Source: Eledone cirrhosa (lineage: Eukaryota). From it: DNA of 64,000 bases. Below the pieces are notes generated by a model that ran no database searches, had not been told where the DNA came from, and worked only from the letters and a program-made list of their open reading frames with translations. Location of the stretch: the NCBI GenBank assembly GCA_964016885.1, contig OZ024743.1, positions 279,620,001 through 279,684,000 of the forward strand, read 5' to 3'. Position numbers and translations under genes: made by a program. Shown here one piece after another: positions 27,693-40,917 of the stretch; position 1 is the first letter of the stretch, and every line of letters starts with the position of its first letter.

Positions 27693-30011
27693 TTATACTT
27701 CTCTTAGGTCAGTGTTGTTTGTTTGGGTGTTGTTGTTGTTCCACTCATTCTTTCTGTTTAGCTTTGGTCTTCTAATTTCTATTTCACTGGCCTCTCTGAT
27801 TTGCCTATCTGCTGGGTCATTCCTATGTTTAGATATTATTCTAATTTCTATGTTGTCTATGTTACCGTCATGATGTTGTCTAGCATGTTCGTATAGTACT
27901 GACCCGTTTTTTCGTCCTTTTAGTTCCCCCCAGTGTTGGTCTATCCTTTCACCTATGCTACGAGCTGTCTCACCTATGTATGTTGTTGTCGTGTTTCTGC
28001 AAGTACCCTCTGTACATCTTATGCTATAGACTACGTTTCTAGTTTTACAGTTTATCCGGGGGTTCACCTTACATATGATACATTTCCTATTGGTACAGTG
28101 GGTTTTCTTAAAAGGGTAGGTTTTGCTGATCAGGGATTTTATGGTGGTTCCTGGCTTTTCTACCACCTTTATTTTTAAGTGGGTCTTTCTCAGGGCCTTT
28201 CTACACTGGTTAGCTAATTTCCCTCCAGGGGTGGCGTCCACAAACATGACACTCTGATATCTCTGGTTGTCGTACCATGATGTGGCCTTCCCTATCTTAT
28301 GTCTAGCCCTATCTAAGCTATTCCATGATTTGCTCCTGTATAGTGGGCAAATTCCTTTCATGTCCAGTTCTATGAGGGTCTTATACTTTTCCATGGCTCC
28401 TTCGTATACTCTGACTCTGTCTCTTTGGTTGTAGCCAGAGAACTGCATGCGGTTGATGAAGTGTTGGATGTGTCCTTCCATTTCTGTTGGGTCGCACATG
28501 CTGGACACATTCTTCATCACTCGTACCAAATCTGCGATCAGAATATTAAACTTAGCACTACTGGACATTGCTGAGTTTTTGAGTATCAGGTATTTGGAGG
28601 CCATGGGTTTAGCATAGTGTGAGTGGAGAATTTGGGCTCTCTCGTCTATAGTGTTAATCCAGAGTTCTGTGTCTAATACAGGTAGTCTATTGTTAGGGTG
28701 TTTGGAAGGGAAGTCTATAGTTACAGTTATACTCTGGTGTATGGAATTAGCTATCTGCTGGATGCTTTCCATCGTGCTACGTTCTAAATCAAACTTGTTA
28801 GTGCTCTCTAGTGGGGGTGTTCTTATAACTATATTGATATCGTCTACATAACGAGAGTACATGATGAGGTCTATGGAGCTTTCATTAAGGAGATCTTTAA
28901 GTCTCCTTTCCCACCATACCATGAAAAGGTTGGCAACATCGCCAGCTATGCTGACGCCGATGGCTGCTCCCTCATTTTGGGTGTAGATTTTCTCATTGAA
29001 CTTAAATATGTGGCCCTTTAGGGTAGTTTTGATACTAGCCCCTATTGCATGTGCGACCATTTTTCTTACCTGATCAGTGTTTTGGGGGGTCCGTATAGCT
29101 TTGGTCCACCCAATCCACCTTCCTATGGGAGTCTTTTTAGCCATTGAGGTTATGGTGGGGGGTCTACCTCTTATAGGTCTACTAGGGCAGAAACATCTAA
29201 GGTCATGGCTGTCTAGGTAGTCAGTGTCGTAGGTAAGTCTAAGTAGGAGGCCCAGTTCGTCTGTGTCGACGTCGCAGAACTCCACCTCACTCTCAATGAT
29301 CATCTCCACACATCTTTTCACAGCAAAATCAATGTTAATGGATGGGTACAGTGACACCACATCCATGCTGCCTATTATGCAGTTGGATAGGCTCCTGTTT
29401 TTGTTGCACTCACTGATTCTGCTGAGGAGGTCCTCTGTACTTTCACATACATCTGGGGACATCTTGATTATGGGGCGTATAACCATTGAGAGGAAGTAGG
29501 AGATCCTGTAGTTGCTAGCTATATTAGCTCCGCATACAGGTCTTGTTGGTGGTCCTATTGTCGGGTCGTCGACTGTCTTGTGGTCTTTGCGGAGCCCATA
29601 CAAGGGTGGTATGCCATTGTTAGACGCCTGGAAGTTGTTGGCAGTGCGTCTGCTTGGCTTTAGGATGTCAGTCCACATCATCATGTGAGCGTTGAGGATT
29701 TTTTCTCTCCCATCGTGTGTTAGTTGTGCAACTTCGCTCGTGTTGGTGATGTGGGGTTGCATTGCCTCGATGTAGTTCGGCATGCTATCTATTGACATCC
29801 TACCAGACTTATCTGTGGGTAGACACACTACCTCACCATCCCTTGTGCGCTGCTTGAGGCTAACCAAGCCTTCTACAGGTTTTATCCCAAGTTGTTGGGC
29901 CTCTGGTCTGCTCTGTCTCATAGTGTACCTGTCTACTACTTGTCTAATCTTATTTCTAGCTATGGTGAACTGTGCCTCCGTCTCGTCATCTATTTGTTGT
30001 GGTATGCAAAC
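27693..30011 (-). CDS. PLE polyprotein: reverse transcriptase + Cys-rich linker + GIY-YIG endonuclease (~770 codons, no stops, N-terminus truncated)
   Basis: [51 protein letters not shown], CxxxxCxxC...C, VVYSIRC...[23 protein letters not shown]. The first ~150 residues of the 924-aa track ORF are microsatellite plus inverted LTR, not real. Confidence 0.93.
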   Translation of the reverse strand, partial: VCIPQQIDDETEAQFTIARNKIRQVVDRYTMRQSRPEAQQLGIKPVEGLVSLKQRTRDGEVVCLPTDKSGRMSIDSMPNYIEAMQPHITNTSEVAQLTHDGREKILNAHMMMWTDILKPSRRTANNFQASNNGIPPLYGLRKDHKTVDDPTIGPPTRPVCGANIASNYRISYFLSMVIRPIIKMSPDVCESTEDLLSRISECNKNRSLSNCIIGSMDVVSLYPSINIDFAVKRCVEMIIESEVEFCDVDTDELGLLLRLTYDTDYLDSHDLRCFCPSRPIRGRPPTITSMAKKTPIGRWIGWTKAIRTPQNTDQVRKMVAHAIGASIKTTLKGHIFKFNEKIYTQNEGAAIGVSIAGDVANLFMVWWERRLKDLLNESSIDLIMYSRYVDDINIVIRTPPLESTNKFDLERSTMESIQQIANSIHQSITVTIDFPSKHPNNRLPVLDTELWINTIDERAQILHSHYAKPMASKYLILKNSAMSSSAKFNILIADLVRVMKNVSSMCDPTEMEGHIQHFINRMQFSGYNQRDRVRVYEGAMEKYKTLIELDMKGICPLYRSKSWNSLDRARHKIGKATSWYDNQRYQSVMFVDATPGGKLANQCRKALRKTHLKIKVVEKPGTTIKSLISKTYPFKKTHCTNRKCIICKVNPRINCKTRNVVYSIRCTEGTCRNTTTTYIGETARSIGERIDQHWGELKGRKNGSVLYEHARQHHDGNIDNIEIRIISKHRNDPADRQIREASEIEIRRPKLNRKNEWNNNNTQTNNTDLREV

Positions 30012-30114
30012 TCTGTTATTAATTCTGGCAATATTACGCAAATATGACCCTCCCCAAATATAACAATATATATATATATATATATATATATTTCGTTTCT
30101 GAATTTGTTTAGCA

Positions 30115-30167
<53 letters not shown>

Positions 30168-30189
30168 TATACATATATATATAAATTTA

Positions 30190-30257
<68 letters not shown>

Positions 30258-30329
30258 ATATGTATATATATATATACATATATATATATATACATATATA
30301 TATACATATATATATATATACATGTATAT

Positions 30330-30900
<571 letters not shown>

Positions 30901-31300
30901 CTTATTTTAAAACTAAAACATATTAATATATAATGATGCTAATAAATACATACATATAGGTATGATATACATATACAGTAGAGTACTGTTTACTGACAAT
31001 TCTTACAGCAAAGTAACATTGCCAAACTTCCTTGCTATTCATTCGTGTGGCGTCTGAGTGTATTATTTTCCTAAATTCACTCGTAATTGAATCGTGTTGT
31101 CAGTAATTCCCTCCCCACATAGACATACACTCACACGCTGTATATTATATTAAGTATTTCTTTCGATTTCTTACCAATATATACATACATACACACATAT
31201 ATATATACATGCACACATGCACACACACTTATTTATATGAATATATACATAATATATATATACATATTTATATATGCATATATATATATATATATATGTG

Positions 31301-31372
<72 letters not shown>

Positions 31373-31402
31373 TGCATTACCATATAACATTATGTATGTC
31401 CA

Positions 31403-31500
<98 letters not shown>

Positions 31501-31784
31501 TATAGGTATATACTTAAGTATACATTGTATAAATATATACGTGTGTGTGTGTGTGTGTGTGTGCGTATGTACAAACAAGCGCATATTCCGACACGAAGAT
31601 ATGTATTTACAGACAGATATACTGATTGATAGATTGTAAACAAGTTAAAGAGAAGACTGTGAAAACTTCGAAGCTCTGCCAACTATCATGTGCTGTAAAA
31701 TTATCATGTTTTTACATATATCACATGGATATATTTATACATGGATATGTACCAGTATATATATAAACAGACTAAATAAATAAA

Positions 31785-32208
<424 letters not shown>

Positions 32209-32405
32209 CATATATATATATAGGAAAGATGGCTATAAAATGAAAGTGCTTTTTAAAAAAAAAAAATTAAAAAATTAAAAAAAGGAATTTATTAGGTATT
32301 GACATATCTATATATATATATATATATTTATATATGTATATATATATATATATATATTTGTATACATATATGTGTGTGTATGTATATATATATATATATA
32401 TATAC

Positions 32406-32453
<48 letters not shown>

Positions 32454-32562
32454 GTGTGTGTGTAAATATATAATAGTAGAAACGATGAAGATTTGTTTGC
32501 ATATGAAAAATATTTATTGCGTATGCAAACACACACACACACACACACACACATATATGCAA

Positions 32563-32670
<108 letters not shown>

Positions 32671-32865
32671 CTGTGTGTATGTATGTATATATGTATGTGT
32701 GCATGTGTATTTCTTATATTCAATATGTAAGTGTTTGTTGTGAAATCAGTCCCTGATCAAAGACATTCCAGCAATGGCCATGCCGTCTTTTCTCTACATA
32801 CATGGAGTCAAACTACACATTATCTAACACGTCCATTTGCCCCATATCTGGACATTGTATATAAT

Positions 32866-33030
<165 letters not shown>

Positions 33031-33075
33031 ACTACATCTAAGTGTATTACCTATAACAATAATCTGTTATCCTTA

Positions 33076-33173
<98 letters not shown>

Positions 33174-33642
33174 CGTGTGTGTGTCTGTGTGTGTGTGTTT
33201 GTGTGTGTGTGTGTATGTGTGCGTGTGTGTATTTGATTCTTCGTACCAAGGAAAACACCATTGCATTAAAGACAGCCATTATATCATGAACTTTTGCCTG
33301 TAAATACCAGAACAATCTTTTTTACAAGATGTCGGCTCCAGTTTCTTCAAAAGCATCATATATCTTTGATATCCGTACAGAAGCCAACAAAGTGAGTAGA
33401 GGTAAATATCTAGAAAGATAAAGCATACAAACAATAGCTTTTGTACTGACTTGCTTGTTAGAAAATATCGTAAATTAAACACACCCTCTCACACACAAAT
33501 ACACGGGCACACACATCCACAACTGTGTATATGTATATATATATATATATTTATACATCCACACACATGCTCTCTTACACACTCGTATTCACATAGCTAT
33601 ACACATACACCCATGCATACGATGCGCACGAATATTCATAAA

Positions 33643-33700
<58 letters not shown>

Positions 33701-33826
33701 AAAGTTTTATTTTAAATGTTGGGTTACAACGAGTAAATATTTTATAACTGATATAAAAGCACTCAACAGATTTTGGAGTATTTTACGATATTAAACAAAT
33801 GGAAATTACATTTATAAAACCATATT

Positions 33827-33891
33827 TATTTCATTATATATATTTCAGGGATATCATATTAAAATATGGTATGCCCTCTTCAGACAAAATA
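33827..33891 (-). ncRNA. Type I hammerhead motif, family Y
   Basis: TATTTTGT-CTGAAGA-GGGCATACCATAT...ATATGATATCCCT-GAA-ATATATAT-A-ATGAAATA. Confidence 0.7.
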
Positions 33892-34073
33892 CAATATATA
33901 GACAGTTTTATAAATAAATTTGACATACCTTAGAGTTTACAACTTCCATTTAAAAAAAACCTTAGAGTTTACAACTTCCATTTAAAAAGTTGTTACTACC
34001 GTAACGACTTTTTAAATGGAAGTTGTAAACTCTAAGGTATGTCAAATTTATTTATAAAACTGTCTATATATTG

Positions 34074-34138
34074 TATTTTGTCTGAAGATGGCATACCATA
34101 TTTTAATATGATATCCCTGAAATATATATAATGAAATA
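34074..34138 (+). ncRNA. Type I hammerhead motif, family Y (inverted twin)
   Basis: Mirror copy of 33827-33891 with one substitution after the core. Confidence 0.65.
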
Positions 34139-34769
34139 AATATGGTTTTATAAATGTAATTTCCATTTGTTTAATATCGTATATATATATATATATTTCT
34201 GGTGTGTGTGTTTGCTTGCATGTGTGTGTATTTGTATATGTCCTGAGTTTATCATGGCATTCATGGTGATTTGGTGGCGTGTATGTATGATTTATTGTTT
34301 ATCTGTGTATGTTTCTCTGTAGCTATCTTTCTGAATGTACTGTTGCGAACGTCTATATGATGCTCACAATCGCCTGTGAAGTACATTTTTGCTGATCTTT
34401 GTATTGATTTAATTTAGTTAGCCTCATTCTTATATAAATAGCATTTGTGTTTGTAATATTTCTGTTAATTATCATTTTTATAAATACTACCACATTCTCT
34501 CTCTTTGTATGTATGTCTTGTACGCTTGCTGCTCCCTCTCTCTATATAGACAGCCTGATGGACGGACGGACGGAAAGACAGACAACGCTCCTATTATAGT
34601 ACAGATTATTACACGTTCATTTTTAGTTTCATTTGTTGTATAATTCGTTTCGTCTTTGAATCATATTGATGTAGCTCTTTTCTCTAAAGGTCCCTGGAAT
34701 GGGGTAAATCTTTGGTATATTTTCATTTGAAATTCATCGTATATATTTGAAACCAAGAAATATTATCAT

Positions 34770-34880
34770 CAAATCCCACCGAGGTTAACTTTTCCTATCA
34801 TCCTTACGGGGTGGATTAAATAAAGTACCAGTAATACACTGGGATACTTGCTGCTCTTGTACCAAAAGTAAAAATAATTA
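34770..34880 (+). mobile_element. 5'-truncated SINE family A copy
   Basis: CAAATCCCACCGAGGTTAACTTTTCCTATCATCCTTACGGGGTGGATTAAATAAAGTACCAG. Flanked by ATTATCA(AA)-like duplications. Confidence 0.8.
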
Positions 34881-35379
34881 TTATCAAATCTCACGACCAA
34901 CTAGAAAGTGTCGTAGGAAATGTGGTGTGTGTAGAAAAATGTTCTCTCCCTTCACATACCGTTTCATTTCACTCATTGGCATCAGAAGTACAATGTTGAG
35001 CACCACAAATAACCTTGTTAAATATAGTATCAAAACGAAACAACAGGTTCCCTAACAGCAACAGCACCACCTCCAACGGGAATCGCACCATCTTAACTCA
35101 CCGGACAAATGATCCTCATATGGAACAAGAATCAGAATAGCACTTCCCTCAGATGTCATAAGCATGTAATTGATACTACACTCTCAACACACAAATTCAC
35201 CATTAACAACAACCAACCAACCACCACCAGCACAAAAACAACAACACCGCCGATGCAATCACCACCACCACTACCACCATCACACTACCGCCACCAAATA
35301 CATGAAAAGCACGAACAATCTTAGCAACAAACTTACCCCACAATCATCACCACCACCACCAAATCCACCCTCCAATGTC

Positions 35380-36070
35380 AAAGCCAAGTTCTATATTGAT
35401 GGAATTTCTAGGTGTATTACTCAAGAGCTACGAACAAACTTGATCAAATGGTCTTTGAACTTCCAAGAGACAACGGCTACATATAGATACCTGAATTACC
35501 GGTTATTGTTTATTTTTCGTACACCATATTACAACTCAATGTTGGTTACGTTAATGTCTGTGCGTTTAGCTCGGCTTAGAATTAAATTCCGATTTTAACG
35601 AACTCAACCGTCGAGTTGGCACCATATGCGACCAGGAAAGTCCCCCCTGTTTCACAATGAGTTTCGCTGAATATAAAAAACAAGTCGCGAAGATCTCTTT
35701 AATGTCTCGAGGGCGTCGTGTGACAGCAGATATGTGCGTCATGGATAAATTAGTTATCCTTCATCCTCATAAGGACAAATTATCCAACCACAGCATTGGT
35801 CTCTACCGTGACGATGGTTTGTCTCGCATAATCGCAACGGCCTTCCCCTATATAAATTCTATAAAGAACTATAGAGATATTTAGTAACTAAATTTTACTG
35901 TAGACACTAAACTTATCAACGCCAATTTCCTAGATGTTAACGCAGATTTACTAACAGATGCCTATAAAATTCATCACAAGCCTAATTAGAATAATGCCAC
36001 CTACATTTCGTCTTTAAATACCTAGTCATAAAACCCTAACCTAGCCGCAGTATCTCCAACCTAAATTTCT
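35380..36070 (+). pseudogene. PLE reverse transcriptase relic
   Basis: KFYIDGISRCITQEL (decayed FDIxxFYPSI), SIGLYRDDGL (35792-35821) and LNFTVDTKLINANFLDVNADLLTDAYKIHHKPN are PLE RT motifs. Confidence 0.75.
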
Positions 36071-36105
36071 CAAGGAGATATTACAATAAAATAGTATGAG
36101 AAAAT

Positions 36106-36842
36106 GTATGAGAAAAATGTACTCTATGTATAATTATGTATGATTATCTTTAATCCCTTGGCACCATTTTCACATAGTTCAAACAGCTATGTTATCGAAA
36201 AACTTGTAGTGACGAGATTCGGCATCAGGGAATAAAAAAAGACACATACATACATACATACATACATACATACATACATACATACATACATACATACATA
36301 CATACATACATACATACACACATACATACATACATATATACATACATACATACATACATACATACATACATACATACATACATACATACATACACACATA
36401 CATACATACATACATACAAGTGTGTGTGTGTGTGTGCGTGTGCGTGTGTGGGTGGGTGTGTTTATCTTGTCATTTCTTGTACCATTATCACTCGAAAGCA
36501 AGTTTTCTTGAAATGAGATGGTCCCTGATGAGCTGCGAAGCCTCACAGCGTAGAATATCCTAAATTATTTGTATATTCAAAAGTACAATTATGCAGCGAC
36601 ACTTCAGTCTGCACATAGAAATCTGTACAAATTAATAAACGGAGTTAAAAACTCACATTAATCCCCTATAATCTACGGAGCTCAATGAATAGATTCTAGG
36701 CTCTTTATAAATCAACATATAGAGAGAATCACACATAGAGATATATGTTTAACCATAGGGGATGAAAAATCACCAGAGTCACGAACATATTACCTACGGA
36801 AGGAATGGTGGATACAAATCAATAAAAATAATATATTAAAGT

Positions 36843-36940
<98 letters not shown>

Positions 36941-37475
36941 GACATAGAGTTATGTGTTTAATTATAGGGGATCAAAAACCACCAGAGTGATATATTTATG
37001 TAGCTACATCTACAATATGGATTCTTCACATTTTATAGCGATACATACTCATGCCCGGGTGTATTGTTATAATCGAATGGCTAGTACACTTTAATATATT
37101 ATTTTTATTGATTTGTATCCACCATTCCTTCCGTAGGTAATATGTTCCTCACTCTGGTGATTTTTCATCCCCTATGGTTAAACATATATCTCTATGTGTG
37201 ATTCTCTCTATATGTTGATTTATAAAGAGCCTAGAATCTATTCATTGAGCTCCGTAGATTATAGGGGATTAATGTGAGTTTTTAACTCCGTTTATTAATT
37301 TGTACAGATTTCTATGTGCAGACTGAAGTGTCGCTGCATAATTGTACTTTTGAATATACAAATAATTTAGGATATTCTACGCTGTGAGGCTTCGCAGCTC
37401 ATCAGGGACCATCTCATTTCAAGAAAACTTGCTTTCGAGTGATAATGGTACAAGAAATGACAAGATAAACACACC

Positions 37476-37530
<55 letters not shown>

Positions 37531-37695
37531 ACACTTGTATGTATGTATGTATGTATGTGTTTTTTTTATTCCCTGATGCCGAATCTCGTCACTACAAGTT
37601 TTTCGATAACATAGCTGTTTGAACTATGTCAAAACGGTGCCAAGGGATTAAAGATAATCATACATAATTATACATTGAGTACATTTTTCTCATAC
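36106..37695. repeat. Large inverted repeat (arms ~36106-36848 and ~37082-37695)
   Basis: Arms are near-identical reverse complements apart from microsatellite length (identical ORF text at 36187-36546 minus and 37384-37614 plus). Spacer has (TA)n(GA)n. Confidence 0.93.
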
Positions 37696-37967
37696 GTTAT
37701 ATATATATATATATATGCAAACCCACCAACGTATACAGAAGTGTATTGATTTCCACACTGGAGCTAGAAGACTAAATGTATCAATTTGATGAAGAATGTC
37801 ACATACCATTAATATTTAGTATATTCTAAGTTATATACTAGATGGGCTTAGTTAGCTAGAATTGAATATATATTTATAACTGCACATCTATGTTATATGT
37901 ATATAACTAATAGATTTATTCAATGTACTGTGTCGTTTGATTTGTTATTTCTGTTTACCTTTTACAG

Positions 37968-38021
<54 letters not shown>

Positions 38022-38755
38022 TGTACAAAAACACGTATAAGACCATATTAACGCCTATTATTTCAGGTTTTATAGCTTCGGTAAAGAAACAAATATTAAT
38101 TGTTCCAATAAACGTGACCATAAGAGTGAAAGAAGGTTCCTATTTAAGAAATTATGTATAGAATTACCATTCAGAAAAGTTAAGTTCGGAGCGTAGCGTT
38201 GAATGACAATCTTATAAAATGAAACAATCTCAAATGCAGAGAATACCTTTAAATACAGTCGATTAATATAAATAATAGTTTTAAAAAGAGGCATCATAGA
38301 GATGTTATCCCATTTTTTAAACTATTATTTATAGCAATCGATGGCAATTATATATATTTGCTGAGGTTCGGATTTTTTACATTTTCTAAGACCAGTTCAG
38401 AATATTTCCTTTTGTATACGTATGCCCATACTAGTATACTATAAATTAGTGTTGTGTGATATGTAATTTGTTCCACAGTGATGTTCTATTCTGCTGAGAT
38501 AAATATTACATTTAATTCTTCCACGATATTCTTTATAGTTTATACTTTTATAGATTTGTTATAATTTTACTGGTTTTACTCATTGTTCGGCGGTAATATC
38601 AGACCAACAATTTAAAGGGTTTCCCTAAATAATATTGACCCCATTACTTAGTCTGTTCCTCATTTTATCAATATTTATTTCTTCTGTATTCTATTACACA
38701 TTGAGGTACCTCTGTAGAGATATACATTGGTATATATATACATGTATATGTACAT

Positions 38756-38786
<31 letters not shown>

Positions 38787-38821
38787 ATGTACATTATATA
38801 TATATATATATGTATATGTAC

Positions 38822-38884
<63 letters not shown>

Positions 38885-39668
38885 GTACATTATATATATA
38901 TATATATATATGAGACGGCGATAGATAGATAGATAGAGAGAGAGATAGAGGAAAGCGAGAAAGAGATGAGGAGAGAGAGGGAGAGAGAGATTGATCAATT
39001 CATATAGATATACATTTAATTGTTCATGTATATACATAACTGTTGTAAAGACTAGCTCTAAAGGAGAAGCCAAATTCAATTAAAAGACAAAAGACGGGGA
39101 ATTTATTATAGTTGCTTTAAATGTTTATTTTCTTAGTCTCCGCTATAGATTTTATTTTACACAAATAAACCCATACTGTATCGTCCTGTACCGCCTTTAA
39201 TGTTTCCTTAATCTAAGCCTTGTGTAGCTAATAAAGAAATTATATTAATTCCTGAGAAAACTTCTTTTGACTACATACGTAAGAATCTAACATTAGACTG
39301 ATTAAAATATGTGCGACGCATATATTATATAGATGAGTATAGAATGTATGCGTTGCATACATTGTACGTTTGGTACTCGTACGTGAAATATAAGTTTGAA
39401 TTGTTTATATGTGTACTGATTTCAGTGGTGAGTTAAACGAGCGAGTATCACACTAACAGTATAACAAACATTTAAAACATATGAACGAAAATCGTCTAAA
39501 CACACACATATATTGATGCATTGAGTTGCTCACACACATGTGCTTCGGGTTTACCTCTTCGGTTTGTTGTTTTCCGTTTTTTCGCTGTTATTTTCCTTTT
39601 TCTGCCCCTTTCCCTTCCGTTATATTTGGTTCGCTCTCTCCCTTTTTCCCAATAACTTCCTTTAGTTA

Positions 39669-39800
39669 TTGCCGCACTGGGGTTAGATATCTTGTCTTTA
39701 ATGCGTAGAAATATCCATGATCCCCAGCAGACAACCGATGAAGGGAAATTTTCTCCCGTTCGTGCTTTCCTCTTCTTTATAAGTACACCTTATCCAGCAA
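39669..39800 (+). ncRNA. Candidate rearranged hammerhead, sister family
   Basis: TTGC CGCA CTGGGG TTA GATAT C TTGTCT TTAA TGCG TA GAA ATATC CATGAT CCCCAG C AGACAA CCGATGA AGGG. Same helices as family X with different sequences. AUC triplet. Confidence 0.6.
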
Positions 39801-39836
39801 ATACATAGCCCCTGTTTTATATATATATATATATAT

Positions 39837-40516
39837 GGAAGATCACTGATGAAGGACTAAATTTATTCATATGTAGCCCATTTGCAACCACGCAGCACGC
39901 CATGTTTTCATATTCATATATAATTTTCCTCCGCTGTGACCCATCTGTTTCTTTCTTACTGCTTCCCCTTTTCTCTGTATCTCTCACTTCCTTTTACCCC
40001 CTCTAACAGTCACTCTCTCTGTTAGTCTCTTCCTCACACTTTCACTCACTCACTCTCTGCTACTCCCTCTCCTACTTCCTCCCGTTTGACCTGTGCGAGA
40101 TTCTTTCCTCACGCACACTTCGACCAGGTCTTATGGTCTTTATTCTCTCTCGTCTACGATTTCACAAAACTTATGTTCATCGATTTCAGGGACTTTACTC
40201 CTTCTTCCTCCCGTTTGACCTGTGCGAAATTCTTTCCTTACTCACATTTCGACCAGGTTTGATGGTCTTTATTCTCTCTCGTCCACGATTTCACAGAACT
40301 TATGTTCATCGATTTCAGGGACTTGACTCCTTCTTCCTCACTTTTCGTTGCATTACCATCTTTGATTGTTTACTGTCTCGCTCTTCCCCTTATTTACGTG
40401 TCCCAACGACATTCTTTAGCCGTTGCTCGCACCAACCGGAGGTATATAGTCTTTAAAGCGATGAAATACCAATGAAGGTTGGAAGGTAACTGATGAAGGA
40501 CTAAATTTATTCATAT
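39837..40516 (+). mobile_element. Family X element, copy 2
   Basis: 39837-39872 is repeated at 40481-40516 (period 644). Internal 129-bp tandem duplication (40075/40204). (TA)n on both sides. Ribozyme-like motif at 40422-40500. Confidence 0.88.
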
Positions 40517-40735
40517 ATATATATAAAGAATTAGTATATCTACCAACATATTTATACAGATGTGTATTTACGCTAGCAAGATATAGGTTTTGTCTTAGTA
40601 ACTTTGTGGTTCAATACAAACATGTAGAACAATTATATGACAGACGTAAAATAAGAAAATTATAGTAATTCACTGAATTATTTTTGTTTGAGCTCCCTGT
40701 GTCCGCCTATCGCCAGGAATCTTAGCCGAGAATTG

Positions 40736-40812
40736 ACTCCCTGATGAAGAAATGATTCTCCATAGTTTTGAACACTATGTATATCCCCTTTCAGAAACTA
40801 ATTAGTTGGAGT
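40736..40812 (+). ncRNA. Minimal type I hammerhead ribozyme
   Basis: ACTCC-CTGATGA-A-GAAA...CATAG..CTATG...TTTC-A-GAA-ACTAATTAGT-T-GGAGT. 5-bp stem I, 10-nt palindromic stem III, GUU triplet. Confidence 0.75.
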
Positions 40813-40860
40813 GAAACGTAAGTAAGTAAGTTAATTATTATAATTTTCTTATTTTACGTC

Positions 40861-40914
<54 letters not shown>

Positions 40915-40917
40915 ATA

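Larger units (their letters stand above)
27115..30067 (-). mobile_element. Penelope-like retroelement, 5'-truncated, with 3' pseudo-LTR and inverted 5' terminal fragment, inserted in (TA)n
   Basis: RT+GIY-YIG ORF. The 3' terminal region 27115-27460 recurs at 31785-32105, 40975-41236 and 41933-42142. 30012-30067 is the reverse complement of ~27161-27216. (TA)n on both sides. Confidence 0.93.
33698..34181. mobile_element. Family Y fragment with fold-back (arms 33784-33996 / 34001-34181)
   Basis: Near-perfect inverted repeat around loop TACC (33997-34000). About 30 bp tandem duplication in the left arm. (TA)n on both sides. Confidence 0.9.

Noticed and set aside
40461-40496. SECIS-like reading of ATGAA...CTGAT in family X
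   Set aside because: The helix between the quartets pairs poorly. The covarying k-turn has the opposite polarity to a SECIS.
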